Program-made: the position numbers and the translations under genes
Shown: positions 24,484 to 37,507 of the stretch, one piece after another
Position numbering within the stretch: position 1 is the stretch's first letter
How the letters are laid out: the number at the start of each line of letters is the position of its first letter
The notes under the pieces: model-generated
Databases searched by the model: none
The model's input: the letters and a program-made list of their open reading frames with translations, nothing else
What the model was told of the DNA's origin: nothing
DNA from: Selaginella moellendorffii
Lineage: Eukaryota; Plantae; Lycopodiophyta
Reading direction: 5' to 3'
NCBI RefSeq assembly: GCF_000143415.4
Contig: NW_003314278.1
Coordinates: 1,324,673-1,388,672 of the forward strand
Length of the DNA stretch: 64,000 bases

Positions 24484-27400
24484 GCGATCTTCTTTACAAT
24501 ATTGGTAGATAGTTGTGGAGCATCTTTATGTCCTCCAGGGGTGATGGTATTGTTCCTTTAGTATGTGATAATGTTTATTGTCTTGAGCCAAGTTCATTTG
24601 AGGAGTACTTCGCAGTAGCTTTGGTCTTTCGCCATCTTGAGTATGATGAAAGTTACCTTAAATTCTTGATCTTTAATCTTGATAGGAATGTTATGCATAA
24701 TTCCTAATGGTTGTACACTCCAATTTTCGGCCATCTTGACATTGAAGGGTGTAGAGTGGATTGGTCCAAGTCCCATTGCTTTGCAAGTTGAATACTCGAT
24801 AATGTTGACATTTGCTCTGCCATTGATGATTACTTATATAACTTTGTTCTTTCCTAATTGGGATGCATGGTACATCTTCATCATAGTCACTAGGTTGGAT
24901 GTTTGCCTTATGGGATGAGTTGTTGGTCTTTTTCTTGACTTGAGCTGAAGTTGTTTAGTGGAGAAGCTTGACATATCTTGAGAAGTTGTTTTCTCAAGTA
25001 TAAAACTACCTGTGAAAGTTCTAGAAGGGTGAGTGTGATATTTTGTTGAAGAATGTTGGTGATAGGCTTTGGTTGTTCCTCTTTTTTTGACAAAATTTTA
25101 ATCATAATTTCCTAATTATCTTCAACTTCAGGTTGTTGTTGTTGAAGGGTTTGCTGAATTATGTTGACTAACTCCTTGCTTTGTTGTTATTCGTGCCTTG
25201 AGATTTCTTGCACTTCATCTTAAAGTTCTTATTCTTTGACTTTTCCTCAAGGTCATTTTCAGGAGTGTAGTGTTTTTTCTGACTTCGAGTTAGAGCTCTT
25301 ACCTCAGATTCATCTTTAAAGTATTCATCTTCGATTTAGCCAATGTTAACATTTCTTGTTGTTGGAGGAGGTCTTCGATGTTGCTAATCTTGTTAAGGAG
25401 GTTGATTTCCTTGATTTTGTTGTTTGGTATTGGGGTCAGATTTCTTGAGTTTGAGGTTGCTATTGATAGTTGTTACGAGGAAACACTCTGGGTGGTGGAT
25501 CATATTGTTGATTTTGCTGTTGATAGTTTAGTTATTGCAAAGGTGGTCTCCATTGTTGATTGTTGTGGTACTATTGTTGATAGTTGTTTTGTCAAGGTGG
25601 TGGTCTCCATTGTTGGTTGTCTCAATAAGGCTGCTGATAAGCCTATTGGTATGGTCACTAATACTAATTGTCTTGGTTGCCATTGTTGTATTATCGATGG
25701 TATCTAAAGTTAGGATTATATGTACCTTGATTTTGGTAGTTCAGCTACCATTGCTGTGGTTCTTGTCTGGGTTAATTGTAATGTCTTCTAGTTGGTGTAG
25801 GAATTCAAGGTATGTTTTCAACTTGTGTGACTTCAGTTGCTCCTTTGTATTGACAAATCTTTGCTATATATCCTTCTTTTTCAGAGATCTGACACTTAGG
25901 AATTAGTAGTCTACACTGTTAGGATGTGTCCTTTGTTCTTGTATTTCATACACCATACTCCTTTTTTTAGTTCGTTCTTGATTGTAACTTTTTTGAGTAT
26001 TTTGGTAAGTTCTTGATTTTTGTCTTTCTTCATGACTTCGAGTTTGTATTCTTCTTTATCATTAGAAGAGTCGTTTGTTCTTGTTGTTTCTACTTTTAAA
26101 AAATTTTGGAGCTATTTTTTGAGGTATAGTCTTCAATATCTTCTTTATTACCTTGTTTGATGCTCTTGAGATGTTCTAGGTATTCAGTTGTTGTGCCACC
26201 GGGTTGGTACTTCTCTTTGGATTGCTTAACTTTTTCCTGAAACTTAAGTTTTTCATCAAGATTATAATACCATTCTAATGCTTTTCTTTTAAGTGTGAAA
26301 GGGAATAAAATTTACCAACTTAAGCTTAACATATCATAAATCATTATTGAGAACCTAGTTAAAGCTACTACAATGCTACTATATGCAAGTAGACTAGCTT
26401 CACTATCAACCACTTTGGGGTTGATCATTGTTTACGCAAACAACTTTGTAAACACATTGCTCATTATCACATGGATATGATATAAGTATCACAATGACTT
26501 TATCATCAATTGAGTAACACCAGGGGCAACACCCATGTCACTACTATAAAGGTTTATGTGAGTATCAAATATCAACTTGATTCGACAAAATGCAATATAA
26601 ATGCCACACCCCACCAATAAAGATTTACAACACCAAACACCATCAACTTTGTTCACAATACAGATAAGCTTATACCACTCTCTTTCCGACCAAACTCAAA
26701 ATTAATCCAACACCAAATTACTCAAGGAGCAATAGTAAGCTTTCTTGGAAAAGAATTGAGCATTGCAACCCATGTTTTTCAAAAGCAAGCCTAAACTAAA
26801 TGGTATAGCATTTCACCACTATCCATCCGCAATTCACCTAGGGTAAGACCATCATCTCCTACATGCATCAAGGTAGGGACTCTCGAGTGCATAATGTGGA
26901 CATGAGTAATGAGTTAACACATTGTTGCAAATCATTTTCAAGAAGAGAAGATGATTTACGTGTTTAATCCTTCGTCCTTGACAACTCTCTTGTTGGTCTT
27001 AACTTTGACTTAACTTCAAGCTTGCATTTACACTGCCTTTAGTCCAATCCAAGAAAAGTTTATAAAAGAGCACGGCAATGACTACTTAAACCAATAGACT
27101 AATCCCTATAGTCTTGATTGATCCACTTGTAGTCATGCCTAGGAAGGATCCACTAGTGCCATGCTAAATAGCTATGGACTAATATATTTGTCACTCATAG
27201 CAAACCTAGGGGAAGTTTATTTCTACCTATAGTACAAGGAACAACCCATGGAACCACTGGAACAATTCATGGAACCATTGATAGGCTAACATTAATCATA
27301 CCAACTCAAAGTGTAACCTTGAATTGCTAATACACCTTACTTATGAGCCCAAGCAAAAACTCGTGTAAATGGAACAATTCAATCCCACTTATATGCCCAA

Positions 27401-30400
27401 GAGCAAGCTCAGATTATTATGGTACAAAAAGGTAGCCAAATCCATACCCAAGGAATGACTACAAAGTTATTGCACCCAAATGTGTACCCACTCTGATCAT
27501 CGTTTTCATCTTTGCATATGCAACGAGACTAGTTGCCCAATCTCATTGGATAGTACTTGCCAAGATATATCCTTTGATACCAAATATAGCACATGTAGTT
27601 TTTACCCTTTATCCTATGGTGATTTACCATAGGATAACTATGAAGCGGAACCTAAACCCTCAATGGGCCACATGTCACATGCCATGTGCCATATGCCATG
27701 TGTCCAAAGGACAGTGGTGCGGGACCCGAGTTCTAGGGCCTTGGGCCACTGAATGAAGGAACAGTGCTAAACTCCCAAGTATGGAACCAAGGAGCAACGG
27801 AACCGGACTATGGAGCAACTTTCGAGCATACAACCCAAAGAACAAAGGAATAGGAGCACGAAGCAAATTGGAACAGTTCTAGAGCATTTAGCATCCCAAT
27901 GCCAGGACCAGAACATAAAACGGAGCTAAACAAAGTCTAACGCTATTTCAACATACCGATGGCCTAATGTGAGGATATGGATACTCCACCAGCTAGCATG
28001 GAATGGAACTTGGGCTTAAACCTAAGCCGGATGCAGAATAAAGATAGGCACGCAAGCGGGAGGTAGACCATGCCTTAGGTTGGTTGGTTATGCTCACCCT
28101 ACCCACTATTCCTACTATACATTTAAAACCCCTCACATCCCCGCCCCCCGCACTATCATCTAACGATATTGAGGGACCAAGCTCAATATCACAAGGGTTC
28201 CCAACACTAGCAAGTGCAAGTCAACGAATGAGTTTCTCTAACCAGGTCAAGTATGCTTGATTAATAGCATTTAAGAATTCCATCTTTATGCTCATCTAGT
28301 CAAGTGCACACGCGAAGACCAGTTTCTTAACTAGCTTAGGTGGAGACTGATAAAGGATCTAACAATACTACCTCTTGCCATCATGACAATAAGGAAAGAA
28401 TATTCGAAAGGACTAACCAACAGGTAACTTTTGATACTCAAAGTCACATTCACGACAGAAGTTCTCTTGCTGATTGACTTATATAATTTAGTAATTGCTG
28501 GAAATGTCTTTTTGCATCTTCAATTTTGCTACTAGTGAAAATTGGATATGTAATCATGATGCCATAGGGTGTTGCTGGGTTGATGAGTGCCATCTTTCTA
28601 TTGTTGGTGATGGTTTAGTTTTTGAGAAGCAGGATAAGATTGAAAGCTGTCGGTGTTGTAATCTTCGTAATTGGGAGTTTCAAATGGTGGTAAATCTTGA
28701 TCTAAGTCTAAATTTTGGTTGATTGTGTCTTCCTCAGCATTGGTTGTGTTGATGTTGCTTAGTTTGCTAACTTATGTGGCTTGAGTCGTTTTGTTGAAAG
28801 TCTTGAATATAATCTCAAGGATTTCGATTTAAGCTTGAGTCTTCTATTGCTTGTGTACTTCTAATTTTTGTTAGAGTTGTTTCTTCTCTTCTCATATTTA
28901 TTGTATCTAATCTCACTCTTGTTTCTTGAGTGGATTAGGGTTGTGTTTGTACATTTGATGTTGTGCTAGAGTTTTCTTGAGTTATAATTTTCTTGAATTT
29001 GTTTTTCTGGTTTTGTTGTTGTTAGCTTTGGTTTATTGTGTTCTTCTCGAGGAAATGTTGTCTAGTCGTAGAATCATGTGGTATAGACTACACGATCTTA
29101 TGTATTGGTATTTGTGTTGCTATGTTGTACTCAGTTATGTAAAGTTGATCAATCTTTAACAAGGTCGTTGCTCACCAACTTCAAGATCGAACAAAAGTGC
29201 ATATTATGGCTACTCTTTTTACAAGTCCTTGTTGTGTTCAATTGTTGTATAGTAATTATGGCCTACCTTTAATTGTGTTGTATAAAGTCATGCGCATCCT
29301 CATTATGAGGGTCCACGTTTTCCAATCAATGGTGATGTTCAAAACGTCTGAACTGAGTAGTGGTTATATTCTAAGTGTTGTTGTCCTCAAGGTTGTTGTT
29401 GATACATGTTTCTAGATTCTTGATTCTTGTATTTTTTATCTTCGATCGCTGTCCATGCTTCGATTAATTGTTATTTTTATTCCCCATCATCCCCAAGGGA
29501 CCTCCACTTGTTAAATCCTTAGTATTTGATTTCTATTTGCTTGGTTGCTTCTTAATAGCTCATTTGATAAATGTATATTTTCGTTTTCAATAATGTGAAG
29601 AAGAAATGCAAGTGCTTATTAGTATGGTAGATGGTATACTATTACCAAAAATAGTTTGGGATAGTTTCCATGAACTAGACTACCTATTTCCAACTTATTT
29701 GAAACATCAACAAAAGAAGAGATTGAGATTCCAATATAATCCCACCCTAAAGTTATGTTGCATAGAGCATCTTGAGGGTCTACAATAATAACTAGTCCCT
29801 CAGCCACAATTGCATGTATAGCATCCACTATCTTCACAAGAGCTTTATACCATATACTACGAGCATTTATATTTATAGAAGAACAACCAGAACTAGGGAT
29901 ATTCTTGCCTTCGGAAATATTTTTACTCTCTATTTTCTATGGAATAACATCTTCATCATTATTCCTCTGTGTTCCAATTGTATTTCCCTAGGAGATTTTG
30001 GTAGGAAATATCTCTATTGGAGACATCAATTGATTCTGCTTCTATATAGAAAACCCACTAACATCCAACTCACCTGTAGGGGGGGAGTAATTCAAGTTAA
30101 ACACCTTAATAATGCAAAGCAAAACACATTTAACTCTTAAAGAAGCACAGTGACAAATGCAAGTAGCATCTAAAGATTCTATTCTTCCCCTTTGCAATTG
30201 ATTCTCCATTATCCCAAACAATCTCTATTACATCTTCTTTAACAACTTGACAAAAACAAAGAAAATTACAAATATCAAAACACAAATAGAAGGAGAAAAG
30301 TACAAAAAAAAGACAAGCAAATAGCAAATTAAAAAACAAAAGCTCCTTTTGTGAATATGAGAAAACAAAACATGAAAATATGTAGCAAAAATAATTAAAA

Positions 30401-31121
30401 ATGCATAAAATAAGCACACACAAAGTCAAAGAATTTCTAGCATGCACTTGCACACTAAAGACCCAATTTAATGTATTGATGAAAGAATATGAGCTCACAG
30501 TAAACCAAAGTCAAATTAAGAGAGAAACAAATTGGTAAGTACAAGTTTGTAAAATGACCAAAGAAATGGGGGTTACTTAATTTTGAACAAGCATGGTCTC
30601 AAACTCATTGTTCAAAAATGTAAGGATTTCTAACACTCTCTCTCTCTCATGGTCTCTTGTGTTTTTTAAGCTAATGTGTGGGCTCATGCCTAGCCAAGCT
30701 CAAATTTGAGTTTCTCCAAAGAAGCTTGAGATTTCTTGGTGTGCACTTGTACACCTATAGACTAGTTTTGGATGACTCTCTCTTGTAAATCTTTGTTCTT
30801 TTGTTTTGAGATTTCTAGGCATGCACTCTCATGCCTATTGGGATGACTCTTGTAAATACACTACACTATCATATAGTCTCACGCCAAGCAATACTAAAAT
30901 ACAAATGTATATTCTTTATAATAATGGAAACCATATGTTTTGAGGAAAGAAAAACTTACCATGGCCATAAACAAACCAAAACAGTGTGGGAGAGATATAT
31001 GCTTAGGATGTGCTAGAGAGGAAGGAAAAATGCGTCCTAAGATGTGATCCATGAACCAGTAGTGGCAAACCCTAGAGAACCCAAATAATAAAACCTAAGA
31101 AAAAACCATAAGGCTAAGAGG
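24484..31121 (-). mobile_element. Second, inverted copy of host A (31121-28458 and 26307-24484), truncated after the protease region
   Basis: Reverse complement of 1-2156, 9194-9222 and 17725-20004 at roughly 90% identity (paired ORFs 614/30130, 1099/29619, 18580/25535, 19781/24513). It lacks the LARD/TRIM insertions and so shows their empty sites. Confidence 0.9.
26308..28457 (-). mobile_element. 5' part of another LTR retrotransposon (putative LTR 28457-27585, PBS, decayed leader/gag) inserted in the inverted host A copy
   Basis: Interrupts GGGAATA/GAAGTTCT of host A; minus strand begins TGTCGTG; PBS TGGTATCAAAGG (minus strand) at 27571-27582, 2 nt from an LTR-like end ...ATGTGCTATA; no clean TSD. 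Confidence 0.6.
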
Positions 31122-31310
31122 GGGAAAATTTGAAATGCAAGCTTGACAAAGAATTTGAAATGCAAGGGTAGTGTTATGATACTAATAGCTTGTATCAGTT
31201 TTGTTTGAATTTAGGCAAAATTATTAAATAATGTAGTACAGATATTTAATGTTGTCATATAGTTCAAGAAGAGACTCCATAAAAAGTTTTTTCAAAAAAT
31301 GAGATAACTA

Positions 31311-34300
31311 TGAGAGTGCTTGGAATATGGAAAGGGAATACAAAAAATGTGCATATCAATTAGCCCAAAAACCTAGCTTATATACAAGAGTGAGTGGTCC
31401 GGATTGAAACCAATCCGATGGCTATCAAAATCCCACTACACTAATATTAGTATATGGCATTGTAGCCATACACTTGGCCCTCACATTATCCCCTCCTCTC
31501 GGAATAATGGAAAGTCGTCAAGGTTCTCTTGTAGACAGGCTAGGGTTTGAAGAAATGTTAGGAGGAGGCATCGGTGGATCTGTACGTGGTATTAACTACT
31601 CCTGATCCCTTTGTATGAAGCATTTCAACCATTGCACATGCATAATCTCCGGAGGATCAGCCTACTGAACATCATGCCAAACCTCATAAACTTGTGGTCC
31701 AACTTGCCGCAACACCCGATACGGTCGTTTCCACTGAGCAAGGAGCCCCTTAGATAAACCACATACCGTAAGATGGGGAAAATGGACTAACACCAAATCA
31801 TCCACTTTGTACTCTGTAGGTGGATGATGATGAAAGTTGTAGTGCCGTTGTTGTCCCACTTGTATGCAGCTTAAGTGTTCGGCAAACTCTGCTCGGATAA
31901 GTGGAAAAATGTTTGTCAAATATTGATCCCACGACCTAACATCAGCAGCTCTTGGCAATCACGAAGGTAAACCTAGCTCTGTTGGTAATATTGGATCATG
32001 ACCATATAAGAGTTTATATGGTGAAGCACCAATAGAACTTTGCACCCCTGTGACATAGGCATACTGATAAGATGGCAAATAACCATCCCAATCTGAATGT
32101 TGAAAGTTCACATACTTTACAATCATCCCTTTGAATATCTGAATGAGCCGTTCCACCAAACCGTCTGATTATGGATGATTAGCACTCATGAAAGTGTGGC
32201 GTATCCCCAACTGAAACATCAAAACATGAAATGCCTCAGCCATAAATGCAGAACCATTATCCGAAAGAATCTGCTCTGGACAAGAATGCTGAAACACCAC
32301 TCAATTGAGGAGGAAGTATTCAACAGTAGTTGTAAAGACACTAGCAAGAGCATTAACTTCCATCCAATAAGTCAAGTAGTCAGAAGCAATAATAACATAC
32401 CCATTACCAATAGTTGACCATGGAAAAAGTCCCATAAGATCAAACGCCACCAACTCAAATGGACGGGAAATTATAATTGACTCCAACCATCCTTCCACAG
32501 CACAAGGAAGAGTATTATGAGCTTGGCACCAAACGCAGCGACGTATATACCGGATAATATCATGTTGCATCTTCGGCCAATAAAAAGACCTGTGCAGCTT
32601 CTCGGTCATACGACAATGTCCCATATGCCCACCTAGAACAGAAGAATCATGGTAGGCATGAAGAAACCGCAGAATAAAGACAAAAGGCACCACCAGCCGT
32701 AAATGATCATCAGGATCCATCCCCACAAAATAAACAAGGCCATCTTCAAGGCGATATTGAGAATGTAAATGCCGGAAAGGCAAGTCATCAGCAAGTGATG
32801 CAGGATCCACTTTACACACATTACGAATGTGCTCCTTCTACGTCCCCTCCGAGTGAATCAAGACATCATCAATAAAGTCAGCAGTCACCTCTGGCATATC
32901 ACAAAGAACCTCGTCCATCATTCACTTGAAAGTTGCTGGAGCATTGTTCAAACCAAATGGCATCACCAAAAACTCGTATAAACCAAATGGTGTATAAAAA
33001 GTAGTCTTAGGAATATCTTCTTCAGCTATCAGTACTTACCAATACCCAAAAGCAAGATCTAGCTTGGTGAACTAACGACTTCACCCAAGACGATTGAAGA
33101 GATCAGCAGTGTGAGGAAGAGGGTACACATCCGGGATCGTCACTTCATTTAACGGATGATAATCGATGCAGAAACAAATACTCCCATCAGGCTTCATCAC
33201 CGAAGATGAGGTTCACATGCCCAAGGACTCGCAACTTCCAAATAACACTCTTCTCCAACATCTATTTCATGTTTGCATATAAAATTTTGATCTCCTTGGG
33301 TGACTGACGATTAATAGGAACCTTGATTGAACGAGCATCCCCAGTTGGAATCGGATGACGTGTGGCAATCTTGGCCCTAGACGATAAGTCAAATTCAAAG
33401 AGATCAAAATACTCCTTCATGAGTCGGTCAACCGCTGCAACACAAAGATTGTTGGAGGGATTGGAAAAGGGAAGAGCAGAACAAGACAGAAACATAGGAG
33501 GAAATAGTGGGGGAACAAAAGTAATGGAAGCTAAGGTAGAAGTAGAGGGACGAAAAGGTATGAAAGTAAGAGGAATAAATGAAACATAAAGAAGTATGAG
33601 ACAAAGGGAAGAAGCCTCAAAGTCACACTTGGCATAATTGTGCTGCAACCAATCCATACCAAAAATGAGATCAAAAGCTTGACTCGACACCACCCACAAT
33701 GACTGCAACTCAAGCTCAAGATCACTCATACGCACAACTAGGTCCATCTCCCCATGCACATATGTAGACGGCAACATGTGGCAACAGGTTGAGCAATAGA
33801 AGATAAACTTGAATCTGTATCAACCAACATGGAGAGAATAATAAGAGACCTCTTATTATAAAAACGAGCTTGGAAAGTAAATACTGGATGAACTAGTGCC
33901 AAGTGAACCCCTTGATGATACTCCCGAAAGAAAGATGGAGGGATCATTGATTTATTCATGCAAGGTCCCTCCATTACTCGCGCGACTCCTTATTTCCCGG
34001 ATGCATCTCGGTGTCCAAACCTTCCACTGTAGCAGCACCACCGGGACGTTATTGATGCCAAGGTCTCCACCCCAAAAATGGAGGCTGCTAATCCGGAAAA
34101 ACACCAACAACGCCGATAAGTATGACTAACATTACCATACGCCCAGTAGTGAACATCACGGCCACGACCATGTCCTTGCCCTTGTCCTTGGACTTGAGCA
34201 ACAGCAGTATTAACCTCCATTGGAACAAGACTATCATCCATGGGAAGTGGAGCTAAAGGACGTGTAGTGAGAAGTGGAAGAGGCGATGTCTCATAACATT

Positions 34301-35285
34301 GTGCCAAGCGAAGAGTATCGTTAAGGGTGGTGAGAGCAAGTGCATGCATAAATCTGACAAAATTTTGACGAAGTGCTGGCCACAACATTCCTAGCTTGAT
34401 CCGCTCTGACATATTTGGCTCTACACGAAGCAAAAGACTTCAGAAACGAATGCCAAATTGTATTACTGACTCAGATAGCCCTTGGCAAAGACAATGCAAT
34501 TGTTAGAATGCATCATCATAGTCATCAGCATGTCCGAAGGCATATTTGAAGATGTTCGGAAGAACACTCCAATCCCCACGAGTGGCTGCACTCAAACCAT
34601 TATACCACTGTAACACCATCCCTTGGAAACACGTGGGAAACTCACACAAACGTCGAGCATCATCCCAAGAATAATATGTGGCAATCACCATAAAGTGATC
34701 GAACCAATAGTACACATTATCCCCAGGATTCCCACGAAAGAATTCCGGCCAAACGCGAGGAATGGCACCAAGAACAAGAGGAGTTATACCATGTGCCATG
34801 AACGCCACCATCAACTAAGTTTGGTCGTTCAATTGTAAGCACATAGCATCAAACAATTGTACTAACTAATGCTCCAAAGTCAAAAGAGGAGATTACTGAT
34901 CTACCATGAAGATGAACGAAAAAGAAAAAGCAAAAGAAGAGAAATGACAGAAAGCTAAAAGGAAATGATAGATCTAGACAATGCAAAAAGTTAGATCTAA
35001 ACCAAAATCGTGAAAGGAAATAACAAAAGAAAGGAAATGGAAAAAACTAGATCTAAACCAAAATCCTAAATTCAAGCATTCCTTAGGGATTATCAAAGGT
35101 ACCCTTCAATTCCACCAATATGAGTGCTTGAATATAAAAAGGGAATACAGAAATGTGCATATCAATTAGCCTAAAAACACTAGTTTATATATAGGAGCGA
35201 GTGGTCCGGATTGAAACCAATCCAACAACTACCAAAATCCCACTATGCTAATATTAGTATACAGTATCGTAGCTGTACACTTGCA
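31311..35285 (-). mobile_element. Degenerate Ty3/gypsy element with short (~175 bp) LTRs; RNase H region deleted
   Basis: LTRs at 31311-31485 and 35119-35285; PPT GAGAGGAGGGGATAA (minus strand) 31486-31500; PBS TGGTGGAATTG (minus strand) 35107-35117; gag FRGNPGDNVYYWF/QGMVLQWY; protease LVDTDSS and IFGMDWL; RT FCIDY, MPFGL, FIDDVLI; integrase GGHMG, CVWC, PFELVAFDLMG, QWKRPYRV. Confidence 0.9.
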
Positions 35286-35648
35286 CTAGAATTTTTTTAG
35301 TATTTATCAAAATTTTGTTTACAAGATTATATAATGAGAATCATGGCTTGAAATTTATTATTAAAGAGTATATGTTGCATATGTTGTAGTTTATTACTCT
35401 ATTTTATTCTATTTATATTCTATGTTATATTTTACTGTTTTCATTTTAAATTTTTTTTTTTATAGAATTTAATTCCTGAATTATATTGTTTGATCCATTT
35501 TATTTATCTTGCTTCCTCGCTTCACTCTTGGCTCCAAAGAATCACCCCAGCCAAAAAAAATTCCTCCTTCCATGACTACTACTTCACTACACTGCTCTAC
35601 CAAAATCCACCCAGCAACAGTCACTACCACTTACTTGTGGAGTGTGAT

Positions 35649-37470
35649 TTACAATTCCACCTCTTGCAAGTCGTCTCCAAACACTCCGGAGGAACTGGCA
35701 GCTTCGAGTCCCACTGTGCCGGATTGTTGATGGTGGTGTTGATGAATCAAACTTTCCTGGTGTTGGTTTTGCTGCTGCTGCTCGACCATCACTGGCGGAG
35801 TGACTTCCAGAGCTGGAGGTGGCAGCAACAAGACGGTCGACGGTGCTGCTGGATAGTGATTCGAATAGAACATTGCTGGCAAACAGCTGCTTGAGAGATG
35901 ATCAGGCGTTGGCCCCGGATCATTTCTCATATCCTGTACAACCGGCTGAGCGAATGCTGCTGCTGCAAACGGTCCATTCCCGTTTGAGAATGCCGTGTCG
36001 GGGACAAAGGCCGGTGCCGAGGAAGGATCCACCGAATGGTTGCTGTTGATATCTGGAGCAGCAGCAGCAGCGGCCGCAGGCACGAAAAATCTCGCTGGAG
36101 CCAAACAAAGGCTTTGCACTTGCCTTTGGCACCACGCCAAACAGTGGAGGAGAGTCCGATGATGTCTTGGATGGTGTTATGCTACCTTTGTTGAATGTAT
36201 CGACATATCTGCAAAAACCTCATGAGATTGGAGTGCTGGGAATGACCAAAACGGTACCTTGATCTAACGTTTTGACGTGCGCAAGCTGCGTACTGGTTAC
36301 TGCTCGGAGGCATTGGTGGGATTCCACTCACAACTGGTTGCGGCCTTTCCGGAGTTGGCTGTGGTATCTCCGGAGACATGGAAATAGGAGTGCCGTTCTC
36401 CTCCACGTGCGAGATGAGCTTGTTTGCCGTGGGAGGAGGAGCCAATGGAAGCTCAGGCGCTTGTGCCTCGGCTCCTTCTTCAACCCTATCTAAACTTGTT
36501 GCTGTTGCCAAGCTTTGCCTGCATCACGCACCAACCATCAACCAGCTAGTGCTCTTTCCAAAGCTTCTACAAACCTCCTTCGAGTGTTTTTATGAAGCCC
36601 ATCGCTCTTTGCACAAAAGAAGTAAAGACGCCTCTGTTTGGCGTTCCTTTAGCTGGACTAACGATCTGATGAAAGAATACAAGTCTTAATCGAAGGTACA
36701 CAAGAGCAAGTCGAGTTACCTGTGCAGGCCTAAAGTCAGGCTCAGAAATGCTTCTCATTGGCATGTTGGATCTTCTTGTATTATCACTTATGGGTTCCAT
36801 TGATGCCGATGAGGCAAGTGATACACTGCTTCCACTAGAAGCTGTTGTAGGACGGTTATTAATATCAGCATTATCGGAAGCTTTCAGGGGCGAAGGGCCT
36901 ATCATCTTGTGTAGACCAATATTGCCAAAAAACCGTTGCACAATTGACGTTGAGCCTCCCTGGATAACAGGAAAGTGAGTATAAAAGCCGAGTGTCCACT
37001 TACAAACCTGAGAGTGGATACAAAGACGCTCTTCCAAGGCTACAGCCGCTTCTTTGCACACATCAGCTGCATGGCCCGCTGTTTTCAATGTTTTCAACAC
37101 TGCTTGGCAATACCTTCGAAGAGAAACATTGTGTTAACGAAGCATACAGTTAAAAATCACTGCCAACCTTAAAGCTTCGTTTATCTTTCCAGCTTCAGCA
37201 AGCATCAACGCATAAATAAGCTTGTATGGCTGAAAAGGAAGTAAAATAAACTGGGAATTGCCGGTCACTCTTGCAAATTCGTACACTTCCATTCGCTGAT
37301 GAAGAAAAGCTTAACAATTGTGAGGACAAACACGGCTTACCTGGATATCTTCTGGACTAGCGTACGTGCGTGGATACTTACAATGGTCGGCACCTATAAG
37401 AAAAAGTCTGGCAGAAGGGGAGAAAGGCTCAAAATGCAACAAGATAGCATATATGGGCTCCACATATCTG
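35649..37470 (-). pseudogene. SEC16: 5'-truncated, intron-containing SEC16 (COPII scaffold, MAG5-like) copy
   Basis: Exons encode FEPFSPSARLFLIGADHCKYPRTYASPEDIQ, QPYKLIYALMLAEAGK, VLKTLKT..ALEERLCIHSQ, MRSISEPDF, KLGNSNKF/VEEG (YYDEKLK lost, W to stop), PPMPPSSNQY..VRSRY, YVDTFN, FFVP and C-terminal DDLQEVEL, all typical of plant SEC16. Confidence 0.85.
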
Positions 37471-37507
37471 CAAGTTAAAACTATGAGAAACATCAACGTG
37501 TGACCAT

